Source: Macrostomum lignano
Lineage: Eukaryota
DNA: 64,000 nt
Reading direction: 5' to 3'
Assembly (NCBI GenBank): GCA_002269645.1
Contig: NIVC01000230.1
Span: 248,001-312,000 of the forward strand
Of the stretch, positions 12,750-25,386 are shown piece by piece. The stretch's first letter is position 1. Each line of letters starts with the position of its first letter. The translations under genes were made by a program, and so were the position numbers. The notes below the pieces were generated by a model that was not told the DNA's origin, ran no database searches, and saw only the letters and a list, made by a program, of their open reading frames with translations.

Positions 12750-14141
12750 TATAAATCAAGTTATTGTGCTATGCTTCCACATTGCATTTTCAATACTGTG
12801 ATATGATTCAATTCAGTGTCAAAATTCAAGTAGTACATACATGATAAATAAAAAGCCTATTGTGATACAATCTATTTCAGAATCAGAATTCAACCAGTCA
12901 GTTTTTTTCTAGCATTCTTACAATGCATTTCAAGTCAAAAGAGCTGCTTGACCTTTGCAAAAAAGCATGTTTTTTGAATATATAATTCCTTTAACATCAA
13001 GCAATTTTTAGCCACAATGCATGTATAGACATAGAGAAATTTCTGATTGAACAATTCAAGTTTGAAAAAAAATTGGTTTAGCTGTTTTTGCTTTAATTGA
13101 TCATATAGGGTAAAGCATCATAAACCGAACAAGGGATATTCAAAACCGAACATGCAAGTCACTTTCGTTTTTACTGTCTCATGGGGAATATATTTTAAAA
13201 GTCTATAAAAGTGACATATCATTTGAAAGAAGACATTCTAATCTACAAAATGAGATAAAGTTTTGACAGTCTACTCGATAGATACTCAAGAAAATTAGCA
13301 TTTTTAATTGAAATTTTTGAAAAAATATGCATTTTGAAGTTTTTTCTTGATTTGGGATGTCTGTAGAAGAATTGCTCTACAGACCACAATTTTTAACTTA
13401 CATTCAAAACGAAACACTTTTTGAATTCAGTGTTAAATTTTCTACTAAGTGATATAACACACATATCAATCTGATATATAGTTCAGCAAAAAATGCCATT
13501 GTTCGGTTGATGATACCAAATTGACTGTTCAGTTCGGTTTTCAGATCTCGGGATCATCAACCGAACAGAAAAATCTTCAAAACCGAACAAACAAAAATGT
13601 CCAAAAAAACTTTCTTTTTTGCTTGCTTCTTCTACCTTATAATGAATAAGATCTTTTTTTAAAACAACAACTCATTTAAGCCACGTAATTGTAAAATTTT
13701 TTTGCTTTAAAAATGTACCAATTTCAATGCAAAATATATAAGAGGATTTTTCCACTTTGACAAAATCTTCCTATTAAATGCTTCTATTTCTACTAACAGT
13801 AGCTAAAAGCGACATATAATTTCGAATACATTTTCTTTTCAGAATTCCGCAATATTAGAAAAGAAAATTATCAAATCAACGAGACAGGCCAAGCTAGCTA
13901 CGTAGGCTACGTAATGCAAAAGCCGAAGGCACAATATAAAATTTAATAACTTTATACTACAATCAAAGTGGATTCAGTAAAACCCTTATTAGAAAAGAAA
14001 CAGATATATGCTAGGCGATAGGTCTAGGCGCTATCAGAACGGAAAAATTTCAAAGATCTGACAAATTATCTGATGGTGGGAAGGAGAACTATACAGGCGG
14101 TGGAGAGTCGCCTACTCACAGATAAATTGATAGTCAAATGC

Positions 14142-14892
14142 AGAGAGGCGCCCTTGATGCATGTAGATTGATGGACAGCAGTTAGAGAGGCGCCCTTGAT
14201 GCATGTAGATTGATGGACAGAAGCAGTTAGAGAGGCGCCCTTGATACATGTAGATTGATGGACAGAAGCAGTTAGAGAGGCGCCCTTGATGCATGTAGAT
14301 TGATGGATAGAAGCAGTTAGAGAGGCGCCCTTGATACATGTAGATTGTTAGACAGAAGCAGTTAGAGAGGCGCCCTTGATACATGTAGATTGATGGATAG
14401 AAGCAGTTAGAGAGGCGCCCTTGATACATGTAGATTGATGGATAGAAGCAGTTAGAGAGGCGCCCTTGATACATGTAGATTGATGGATAGAAGCAGTTAG
14501 AGAGGCGCCCTTGATACATGTAGATTGTTAGACAGAAGCAGTTAGAGAGGCGCCCTTGATGCATGTAGATTGATGGACAGAAGCAGTTAGAGAGGCGCCC
14601 TTGATACATGTAGATTGATGGATAGAAGCAGTTAGAGAGGCGCCCTTGATACATGTAGATTGATGGATAGAAGCAGTTAGAGAGGCGCCCTTGATGCATG
14701 TAGATTGATGGACAGAAGCAGTTAGAGAGGCGCCCTTGATACATGTAGATTGATGGATAGAAGCAGTTAGAGAGGCGCCCTTGATACATGTAGATTGATG
14801 GATAGAAGCAGTTAGAGAGGCGCCCTTGATGCATGTAGATTGATTGACAGAAGCAGTTAGAGAGGCGCCCTTGATACATGTAGACTTGATGG
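14142..14892. repeat. 45-bp minisatellite
   Basis: Unit AGAGGCGCCCTTGAT(A/G)CATGTAGATTGATGGA(T/C)AGAAGCAGTTAG, ~16.5 copies; explains ORF 14112-14879. Confidence 0.97.
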
Positions 14893-15397
14893 AGAGACCC
14901 TGTAAGCCTGCTGATTGAAAATTGAATAGAAAATAGGTTTAATATTATTGTAAAAGTTCAATGTACTTAACCTTAAAAGCTGGTTGAAACATAAAAGAAA
15001 TTAGGTAGACTACACTTTCTTGTTAGGCTAATGCGCTTTCGATTGATAGGCCGTACTCAAGAGCTTTACTATAGCTAGATATATTTCCAAAATGGCCTAA
15101 GTGATAACAATACTTTGATAAATACTCAGGCCTAGCCTTCTTAGAGCTAGCCTATGCCTAGTTTAAAAGCTGGCCTGTAGTGAGGAAATCTTAGGCCTAC
15201 CATGTAAGTCAACCTACTTGAGCTTTGGGATTTCAAACCAGCCAATGGGAACCAAACTGCGAATTTTTACTCTTGGATGACTAACGCGAATTCTCACATT
15301 CACACGCCATAGCCAGACTCCATAGGGCCTATCCTTATTTTTGTGCAGAACTAGGACCATTGTGCGTACTCGTCGGCCTAGGCCTCATCAATAGAAC

Positions 15398-15660
15398 CAG
15401 TGGCGGCGTGGGGGGGGGGGGTAGAGAGGACTACTGCCCCCGGGTGATCACCCTCCTACGACGACCCTACCATCCTTCCGTGGGGTGACCCACCATTAGT
15501 TTTTTAGTATGAGCTTGTTGTATGCGTTTTTGTGAGATTTTAGCGTAATGCACTGCACTTTAATTTTTAAAATTCACTGGGGGAGGGGCCGGGTGACCAC
15601 CCAACCACCGCCCCCCTCTTAATCCACAGAACCTTAATCAGAGGTGCTGCACCGCTACTA
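15398..15660. mobile_element. hAT-type MITE (263 bp)
   Basis: Ends CAGTGGCGG...CCGCTACTA (imperfect TIR); 8-bp TSD AATAGAAC at 15390-15397 and 15661-15668. Confidence 0.85.
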
Positions 15661-16738
15661 AATAGAACCAAACACTAATTTCAGTCACAGGGCCTCAAGC
15701 AAAATGTAGGCCTATAGTACTCGTATGGGCCTAAAACACCTTATTTAAAGAATAGTAATTGAAGATACATATCTACATAACTTAATAAACTCTAATTTGT
15801 ACCTAAACTCCTAGTTTTCTCCTACAACTTATCCTAGACTTATGGTTATCAATTACTAAGTACCGTAATTAGCCCTAATTTGTGTTTTGGTCAATTAAAA
15901 AGAATGAAATGATTTCTGTATTTTAAAGTTAAAATGCTGACCTAGGCCGAACTCAGCTCATTCTGAATGCATGATAGACTCAGGTGCTGGGACACACAGA
16001 GAGACAGTTAGAGAAGGAATCAGCCTGCTTGATGAAGAGACTGGCTATAGCTTCTATATACTCAAAGGTGCTTTTGGGTCCAATCTAATCACTTTGACCT
16101 TAGCTTATCTAAAATCTTATCTAAGAGGGCCCCACAAAAAGTAGGCAAACTTTTACGCAAACAAAAAGTAGGAAATCTTTCAGTCTTTTTACGAATTGAT
16201 GAGTGGCCGAATCTGCCTTGGGCAATTCCATCTTCACACCCGTGCCAAAACATAGACAACATGTGCGAATTGAGCCAAGTTTCGAGTTACTTAGGTGCGA
16301 AAATTGGGTGACAGACGGTTTGTGATAAGGGCTGTGTCTATTAATTCATTTTTACCCCTGGTACTGGGAACCGAATTCAAATTCGCACATTTAAAGTCCG
16401 TAGGATTAGGCACAAATTCTTAGCACGATTTTTCGCACCCAACAGTCAAGTAGGTCCATTGTCTAGAATCCCAGACCCTAGGCCTTTTCTGAGGCAATAG
16501 ACGGCATGATCCACCTACTCGTATCCTTATCTCTGACTATCGACTGTTTTGCAAAATTCGGTTTGTTTTCGCACTTCGTGGTGAGCCTGGAACCAATTCG
16601 TGCCCATTTTAGACATGATGGGCATCGCCTAACGAAGCGCCAGAAGCATTATGTCATAAATTCACGCCCTTTTTCATGAAGTAAATAAATGATATGGCCT
16701 ATATAGCGACCGCAATACATGTTAATACATTAGCGACC

Positions 16739-17783
16739 GCAGAGGGAAGGGCTGATGCAGAGGAAGGGCGGATGCAGAGGAAGGGGCAGATGCAGAGGAA
16801 GGGGCAGATGCAGAGGAAGGGCGGATGCAGAGGAAGGGCGGATGCAGAGGAAGGGGCAGATGCAGAGGAAGGGGCAGATGCAGAGGAAGGGCGGATGCAG
16901 AGGAAGGGCGGATGCAGAGGAAGGGGCAGATGCAGAGGAAGGGGCAGATGCAGAGGAAGGGCAGATGCAGAGGAAGGGCGGATGCAGAGGAAGGGGCAGA
17001 TGCAGAGGAAGGGCGGATGCAGAGGAAGGGCGGATGCAGAGGAAGGGCGGATGCAGAGGAAGGGCGGATGCAGAGGAAGGGGCAGATGCAGAGGAAGGGC
17101 GGATGCAGAGGAAGGGGCAGATGCAGAGGAAGGGGCAGATGCAGAGGAAGGGCGGATGCAGAGGAAGGGGCAGATGCAGAGGAAGGGCGGATGCAGAGGA
17201 AGGGCGGATGCAGAGGAATTGCGGATGCAGAGGAAGGGGCAGATGCAGAGGAAGGGCGGATGCAGAGGAAGGGCGGATGCAGAGGAAGGGGCAGATGCAG
17301 AGGAAGGGGCAGATGCAGAGGAAGGGCGGATGCAGAGGAAGGGCGGATGCAGAGGAAGGGCGGATGCAGAGGAAGGGGCAGATGCAGAGGAAGGGCAGAT
17401 GCAGAGGAAGGGCGGATGCAGAGGAAGGGGCAGATGCAGAGGAAGGGTGGATGCAGAGGAAGGGCGGATGCAGAGGAAGGGCGGATGCAGAGGAAGGGCG
17501 GATGCAGAGGAAGGGGCAGATGCAGAGGAAGGGCGGATGCAGAGGAAGGGGCAGATGCAGAGGAAGGGGCAGATGCAGAGGAAGGGCGGATGCAGAGGAA
17601 GGGGCAGATGCAGAGGAAGGGCGGATGCAGAGGAAGGGCGGATGCAGAGGAATTGCGGATGCAGAGGAAGGGGCAGATGCAGAGGAAGGGCGGATGCAGA
17701 GGAATTGCGGATGCAGAGGAAGGGCGGATGCAGAGGAAGGGGCAGATGCAGAGGAAGGGCGGATGCAGAGGAAGGGGCGGATG
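16739..17783. repeat. 17/18-bp purine-rich minisatellite
   Basis: Mix of GATGCAGAGGAAGGGCG and GATGCAGAGGAAGGGGCA units, ~60 copies; source of the overlapping 324-377 aa ORFs. Confidence 0.97.
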
Positions 17784-18324
17784 GAAAAGGAGTGGATAGG
17801 GAGAAAGGATCCGCTGGCTTATTCTAGTCCCAGTGTCAGCAGATTTAAGCATAAAAAATCCTTTGGCTGATCCAGAATTTGGGATTCCAACTGTAAATCA
17901 AAAAGCGCTAGGTATAGATGTGGCCAGAGTGAGAGATGGATAATGCCCATCTGAAGTTTTTGCATCCAGATTTCAAAAACTGAACGACGAGGACAAAATT
18001 TGGCCTACGCAGACATGACCAGTTCTCCTCGTGCTGTCATTGGTTAGCCGAATTCCTTGCGCAGTCATGAGGATTGGCTGTTTCTGTTTGCTTTCCTACG
18101 GCACCAATCAACTTTCCAACGTCCATTCATGCGTTTAAAATATGTAAATCATGTTGAAAAAAATTGGCCCTAGCTACGTTAGAAATTTGATTTTTAAGGC
18201 TCATCAATATCAACTTACATCTGCAACATCGTTTCGAGAGCGGACATCCGGAAAACTACTGCCTTCGCGAAACGCTTCAATATTTTGCTTCTAATTATTG
18301 ACTTTGTATTCATAGTCTACGTTA

Positions 18325-18770
18325 GCAGCCTCTATCTCTCCATCAGCCGCCTGTCTCCTCTCTATCAGCCGCCCGTCTCCTCTCTATCAGCGGCCTGTCT
18401 ATCTCCTCTCTATCAGCGGCCTGTCTATCTCCTCTCTATCAGCGGACTGTCTATCTCCTCTCTATCAGCGGCCTGTCTATCTCCTCTCTATCGGCGGCCT
18501 GCCTGTCTCCTCTCTATCAGCGGCCTATCTATCTCCTCTCTATCAGCGGCCTGTCTCCTCTCTATCAGCGGCCTGTCTCTCTCTATCAGCGGCCTGCCTG
18601 TCTCCTCTCCATCAGCCGCCTGTCTCCTCTCTATCAGCGGCCTGTCTATCTCCTCTCTATCAGCGGCCTGTCTTTCTCCTCTCTATCAGCCGCCCGTCTC
18701 CTCTCTATCGGCGGCCTGCCTGTCTCCTCTCTATCAGCGGCCTATCTATCTTCTCTCTATCAGCCGTCTT
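18325..18770. repeat. Degenerate pyrimidine-rich minisatellite
   Basis: Variable 18-26-bp units around CTCTCTATCAGCGGCCTGTCT. Confidence 0.9.
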
Positions 18771-20359
18771 TCTGTCGACTTCATGCTGGTTATTATCAGA
18801 TTGCAATCTACATGTACATATACATGTATAATTTTTACTTTAAATATACGAGCGTATATAAGTAGATTTTGAATATTTTTGCGAGCTTTTTCTTTCTTGT
18901 ATTTGCAAAAAATCTACATGTATACAAGGCTGGGGTAAACAGATGAACCCAATGAGCCTATGGTTTTGGCGGCCCCCCTGTTGTTACATCAAGAGGGCCA
19001 AGTGATTGCAGTCTGAGAATGAGGTGATGGTTTATCGGAAAATTTTAAGATTTTACAGCATTTTTCTCGACATCTTGCATGCGACTATTTGAAGTAAAAA
19101 TATACGAGTATGATGAGAAGAAATAAAATAAAAAATTACGAGAATTTGTTTGCAAAAAAAATCGTTTTTTACAATTTTTTTACTTTTCTTTCTTCTTCTT
19201 CTTTAACTTTTGAAAAAATATTACCTATATGGTAAAAAAAGGTTAAAAGTATACTAGAGGTACTTTTTTCTTTCAAAAACAAGGTAATAATGGCAAAATA
19301 AATGCCTATGTTTAAAGCTGAAACATTAGTAGGTCCTTCAGAAGAACTCCGAAATGGGCAAAGTATCAGCTCTGCTTTAAAGAACTTGTGGTTTTTTTAA
19401 ATTCTTTATTGCTTTTCCGATTCGACAGTCTAAAATATGTAGAAAACATAGCATTTTATCAATTTAGCATGAAAGAGTTAAAGGAAATGGCAAAAAAGTA
19501 AAAATTCACAATTTTTCTGTTCAATGGGGGGTACTATATTCAAATGCAGATAAACAATATTTTTCTACATCTATCTGTGCAAAAGTTATACTTTTTAGAA
19601 AGAGTATTAATTAATCTTTACAATGATATATATTTCAGAAAAAACGAACAAGAAATAAAAAAGTTATTAGTGTTCAAACACAAAAACCGAATGTCAGATA
19701 CCCTGTTCGGTTTGAAGATACCCTAGAATCATCGTTCGGTTTTGAAATAAAATCATCAATAACTTTTTTTCTACTTGTGCAATAAAGTAAAGCGACCATT
19801 CATTTAAAAGAAAAAAATGTTCTAAACAACTTCTGGGTAGTTTTATTTCACTACATATAAAAATTTTTTTGCTATGCAAGAAAGAAGGTTGAAAAATGAT
19901 ACTTTTATGTTCGGTTGATGATGCTTTACCCTAGATAGATAGATACCTACCAAGAAACCATTTTTAGTATATAGATGGATTATTTTATTTTTTGTCATAT
20001 CCAAGAAGAAACAAAATCAAAGAAAGACAAAATCAAATTGTAAAGACTGGCAAACATGAAATGGGTTTGAAGCCTTTTATTTTCCTATTGATTCTAGTTT
20101 TGGAATCAGAATTATTCTAGTTCTAGAATTAATCATTGTGAAAAGCCTATAAAAGAAGAAAAAGAATTAAAAGCATTGGTTAGGCCTATATATGGCAATA
20201 TTAGCAATAAAATTGTAACATATCTATTTAGGCCTACCGCCTATGGCCTATTCAAAGACAGGGCCTAATGATATTAATAATTATGTATTGAGGCCTAGCC
20301 TATCTATACTGAGGCTCTAGTCATTTATTCACTATTTAAAATTAATATAATCAACTTAC

Positions 20360-20385
20360 CTTTGAATATCAAATTGAAAAACCAT
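20360..20385 (-). CDS. ERGIC1: ERGIC1 first coding exon (26 nt)
   Basis: ATG GTT TTT CAA TTT GAT ATT CAA AG|GTAAGT; splices in phase to exon 2, giving MVFQFDIQRFDIYRK (cf. human MPFDFRRFDIYRK). Implies a 15.2-kb intron (5153-20359). Confidence 0.8.
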
Positions 20386-20836
20386 AATAGAGCTCCCTGA
20401 CTTCAGTGATGTTTATTGGTAATTACTATTACTATTACAAATTTAATGAAAGAGCTATGAGTTTAGGACACAATAGCAATAACAATGTTGTCTTGTCTAT
20501 CAAGATTTAGGCTTTAGCTAGCTATATAAAATTTTACACTCTTAATGTAGTATATGATTAGTAAGCCTTTATACTATTTAGGAAACGTAGAATTGTACTA
20601 ATTTGAGTAGGGTACGCTAGTACTAATAATTGAATATCAATAGCTAAATGCTCTTAAATAAATGCAGGCGCAGGCCAAGATGACAAGTAGAGTAGTAGTA
20701 GGCCTAGGGCTATAATGCAATCGTAAAACCCTTTAGTGAGTTGAATTGTTGGAATAAAATCTGATTAAATCGATCAGACCTAGTTGTTACCAACTATGCT
20801 TATCTACAACGACCATTCAAAACGCCAACTGACAAG
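20386..20836. promoter_or_regulatory. Putative bidirectional promoter / 5' UTR region of ERGIC1 and CRTC
   Basis: Divergent ATGs at 20385 (-) and 21183 (+). A likely CRTC 5' UTR exon ends at donor AAG|GTAAAA (20836) with acceptor cttcgcAG at 21086. Transcription starts not determinable. Confidence 0.5.
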
Positions 20837-21182
20837 GTAAAATGTTAGTTAGGCCTATGAAAACTTGTATATATTGTTGTACAGTCCGTTTTTTAAAATT
20901 GCACTTGCCATATTTTAACTAATTTATAAGCTACCATAAAGGAATGATAATTTTATAAACGAAATAACTAAACATAATGAAAGGTTAAACACAAAAAAGG
21001 TATAATATTTATTGTTTTGTTTTGATCGGCAGAACTTCTTATAATTTTTCTTAGAATAGCTGTAGTATAATACTTGCTCTTCGCAGTCAAGTGGAAATTC
21101 AACAAAGCCGCAGTTATTTTATGGTCTTTATGATTGCAATTTCAAGGGTTTTCAATGGATTAATTTTTTAAGGTTAAACATA

Positions 21183-21323
21183 ATGCAGTCTTCTAAGTCA
21201 AACCACGGTTCTCTGAATCCTCGAAAGTTCGACGAAAAAATTGCATTGCTTCAAGCAGGTGAAGATGAATCCAATGAAAAATTTAATCGTTTGCTAAACG
21301 AATTAAGCGTTTTAAAAAACAGA
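21183..21323 (+). CDS. CRTC: CRTC/TORC-like CREB co-activator, exon with TORC_N coiled coil
   Basis: MQSSKSNHGSLNPRKFDEKIALLQAGEDESNEKFNRLLNEL...R|GTAAGT; NPRKF.EKIAL is the diagnostic TORC_N motif. Not in the ORF track. Confidence 0.88.
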
Positions 21324-22247
21324 GTAAGTGTTTTTTAACATAAATTTCATGTTAAATATAAGCTTATTGTTTGTTCTATTTGTAGTTGAGGTGTATATTA
21401 TATATAATGCATTCTAATATTTATAGCTATGCCTATGCCGGCTATGGCCATGGGTAATTTTGACTAGGCCTAAGGGCCTATCCATTTTTTGACTAAATTG
21501 TGGCTTTTGATCTCTACTTTTTAAAGTTAATTTTCAAAAAAATATTTCAACACTAAACACAATATATAACTTGGTTAAATATTGTTATTTATATATAGGG
21601 CCTAATATCTTAAAGTGCAATGTTTGGTTTGGCAAAGCTCCCACTTTTAGTACTGGAAGTTACTTTTTTTACCTGTACAACTTTCACCAATGCATTTTCA
21701 AACACAGGTTGATAAATTAAAATATTGCAATAAGTGTCAGAAAAAGTGTTGTGATGCCAATGGTTAACTTTTGCTATTCACATTTTTAGATGCATTCTAT
21801 AGTCTATAGTCTAGATTATGCTAGTTGGGGTGCATGCAGCATGCCCAAACAGAAATTAAATAATTAAAAAAAATGCATACCCATATATGCGCAACAGTCG
21901 GCCAAGTCGGCCAATCTGGCCGACCGATTTGGCAGCCAATCAAGGAAGTTGCAAAAATGCCCACCCGAAAAAATACCCAAGTAGTATTACTAAGTAGCTG
22001 ACGAGACATTTTGACCTAATAAGAGAGTCATAGTTACTTCTGCCGTTTACCCAAAGTTGCATTAATTTTGCTTTAGGGTTTTTATTACATGTAAGTTGCA
22101 TTTTTGGCCAAAAACTATGTTGCATTTTTGTTAAAACTAAGTCGCATGGCTGACCGAATTTTGGAGGTTGCGCATGTATGTGCATACCAAAAAAATAAGT
22201 GCATACCCATTCTCAAAACTATGCCAATATTGTGATAATAGGATATA

Positions 22248-22402
22248 TGCGCAACTTTGGAATCACCTAGCTGTTTCTATTGGCAACACACATATATAAG
22301 TTGCTATTGGCTGAGAACAGTCATATGACTACTTTATTTGTCCAATAGTAACTTACATGTGTGTGTTTCCAAAAGAAATGGCCAAGTGAAACAAAGGTTG
22401 CA
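22248..22402. repeat. Palindromic MITE-like hairpin, copy 1 (CRTC intron)
   Basis: Arms GCTGTTTCTATTGGCAACACACAT..AAGTTGCTATTGG and CCAATAGTAACTTACATGTGTGTGTTTCCAAAAGAAATGGC; homologous to 23697-23850. Confidence 0.75.
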
Positions 22403-23696
22403 CCCAAACATGGACAATAAATGACCTTTTTTGAATTGCATAATAAACATTTTTTGGCTAATAATTTGGTTCATTTCTCTGCTTTTTTGATGATACTATT
22501 TACAATAGAAAATTAATATATTCAGATTTGTTTGAATGCTTTATTATGAGCTTAAAAACCTAGAAGGCTTAAAATTTATGCTTTAAATGAACCTATTTTA
22601 AATTTTTTTTTCATATTAATTCTTCTGCATGATTCTATGCAGTGCATGCTAGGCCAGGATGGAATTCTTGCACAAAAGTTGTTACACATTTGTGCGCGAT
22701 TGTTCAATTCATGCCCGCTAAAAAAGAGCCTACTTGCGCGTTCTTAAAGAAAGTCTGTGTGCACTCCATTGATGCGCTTGTGAAGAAGCTGTTTGCTGCA
22801 GAATCATAAATAGGATTTGACTTTTATATGCATTCAACATGGTTATGTGCCATGTAGTATATGCGTGCTCAAGCTCTCCTACTCCTACTTCCCCTGAACA
22901 AGAATTCCATCCTGGATGCTAGGTATATATGCACACTATTTTCTTAGGAGTGATACACAGTGCGCACCAAATTTGCATGCCTACTTTTGGCATGCAAGGC
23001 TAATGGACACCCAAATTTTTAGGCATTTACTATATAATCTGGAGTGTGGCTTATATTTTGGAAGGCTACATGGGAAGGGAAATCCTGGCATATAGTAAAA
23101 GTCTAACAGTTTTTCAGCATACATCAGAGTATATGACCTCAGGATACTCAGGATCATAGTACACCTGGGCCAGAATGAATCCTATCAAAAAAAGTTTGAT
23201 TGTACCATGTGCCAGAACAAATCCTATAAAAAAACTTGCTTGTGCTGTGCTAGAACTATTTTTATCAAAAAAATTTTGCTCACTTTGTGTACCATAGCTT
23301 TTTGAAAAAAATGCAGAAATCAATAATTTTCCATTTGAAAAATACTAGTAGAACTTGTTTTTTAATCTGTTTCATAGAAAATGCAATGTTAACGTAAATT
23401 AATTAAAAAGCTGTCAATATACCAGCAAAAAGAAGTGCTAATAAAAAGAAATTGCATGCTAATTTTCTGTCAGAGAAAATATTGTCTTCTCACAAGTTTT
23501 TGTCTTGCACCAAATTGTGCCAATTTTTTTATCTTATGCTGTACTGTGCCATATTTTTCTCCCTTGCCTATAGTTGCACCAGAATGCACCAGCGTGGCAC
23601 ATGTCCAACCCTCTTTTGTGCTAGAATTTTCCATGAAAAAGGCCATCTTCCTAACTATGGCATTTGACTAGCATATATAACATAGCAAATGCACAT

Positions 23697-23850
23697 GCAC
23701 AACCTTGGGAATCACTCAGCTGTTTCTATTGATAACACACATGTAAGTTGCTATTGGCTAAAAGCAGTCATGGGACTACTATTCCGTCCAATAGTGACTT
23801 ACATGCGCGTGTTGCCAATAGAAATAGCAAGGTGAATCCTTAGGTTATGC
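23697..23850. repeat. Palindromic MITE-like hairpin, copy 2
   Basis: ~60-bp imperfect inverted arms GCACAACCTTGGGAATCACTCAGCTGTTTCTATTG ... CAATAGAAATAGCAAGGTGAATCCTTAGGTTATGC. Confidence 0.75.
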
Positions 23851-25386
23851 CCAAGCATGAAAGTATAGCTGCTATAAAACTATAACACAATACTAGTAGG
23901 GTGACAAGAATGACCCAGATAACTAAAAGTTGTCTAAAATATCCTACTCATTAAGACACACCTTTTGCATAAAAATTATCTCATATTTCTAAAGAGTTGG
24001 AATCAACATTTGAAAATTGGCCTCCAAAATCTTTTCTATGAATTGCAAGTATAGTGTCATAATATATCAGATACTATTAATCCTTGTTTTATAATGGTTT
24101 TGTTTATTTAGTCAGATTTTAGATACAATAATAATAAATATTAAATAGCATCTTTATTTGAAAAATAACTGAATGTTTAACTCTAGACCAACACATGTTT
24201 TTTTTTACAAAGACATGCTTGAGCACTTTTAATTGGTGGTTCTTTAAAATTAGAAAGGACCAGTAACCAAAGTGCCTGAAGTTACTCTCCTTCGAACTGG
24301 AAGTTACTTAACCTCCAACATTGTTAAAATGTAATTAGACCATCTTGCAGCCAATAGCCATTATCATGGTCTGGTGCATATTGGCTCCTAGCAATGTGGG
24401 CATGGTCTAGTATGCTAGAATAGTCTGGCCTAGGAAAGGAGGGCATATGGCACAATTTAAACCTTATTGGCTACAATCTATATTATGGAAAGTATAGGAT
24501 ATACCAAAAACTTGTGGCATACAAATGCTTTAGCTAGTGTATATCTAGTATATAAATGCTTTGGTATTGGCTAGTATACATCTGGCATACAGGAAAAATA
24601 CAATTTAATTTCTGGCACAATTATTGGCTTAATAGTTCTTAACTATATTTCTTCAAGCTTGCAACACAGTATATTAGGCCTAAGCATTGTCAGAAAGGGG
24701 TCCAATGTATGCCAGAGTTTTTTGGACAAAACTCTACATTTATACGAGCATGCCATAAATTGGAAATGTGACTGTCATGTCACATCATATGCTTTACTAG
24801 ATAGCTGAATACTTTCTGGTAAACATATATCACAATCTGCAATATGGGCAATAGGGTAACCAGATTTGGTCATCAAAAATGGTCATCAAAAAACTACAAT
24901 CAATACTCATAGAAGATAGCAAATTTATAATATAATAAAGATTGCAGCATGTTTATTCCAGTAAAAAATGAAACATTACCTAAACATTTTAGAAAACCCC
25001 TAATTAAAACAGCTGCCATCAAAGGGTCTTGTTTTTTCACCAAAACATCTTGTTACCAAAATAATTATAGCTAATTCTTTAAAATCTTTGAGTTTGTCAA
25101 TTTTATTTCAATGATCCTTATAATAGAAGTGTTTAGAGCAGTTTTTTGTTTATTGTCTAAATGATTTTACCTTTTCTAAAGTAGGTGTCTCAAATTTTTT
25201 ACTGAATAAAATTGCAATTTCTGCTACACTTCTATATAATATACATTTTTATTGTCAAAATTTCATAATGCTTTATAAAACTTGACCGATTTCAAGCTTG
25301 TGAAGATTGTCATGATCCTATGACAAATGATTGACAATCGGATTCTGATCACTCCCTACCCCCCACTGCTCCACAATGTTGCTCAG

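Larger units (their letters stand above)
13108..19931. mobile_element. Putative 6.8-kb TIR element with TA flanks (Tc1/mariner-pogo-like ends), carrying nested repeats
   Basis: TA|GGGTAAAGCATCATAAACCGAAC at 13108 and GTTCGGTTGATGATGCTTTACCC|TA ending at 19931 (22/23 inverted match); AACCGAAC motif reiterated subterminally at both ends. No transposase found. Confidence 0.55.

Noticed and set aside
14112-14879. 255-aa repetitive ORF (MYQGRLSNCFYPSIY)n
   Set aside because: Translation of a 45-bp satellite whose unit length is a multiple of 3; no unique coding flanks or splice context.
16694-17870. Four overlapping 324-377 aa ORFs
   Set aside because: Stop-free readings of the 17/18-bp satellite in several frames and on both strands.
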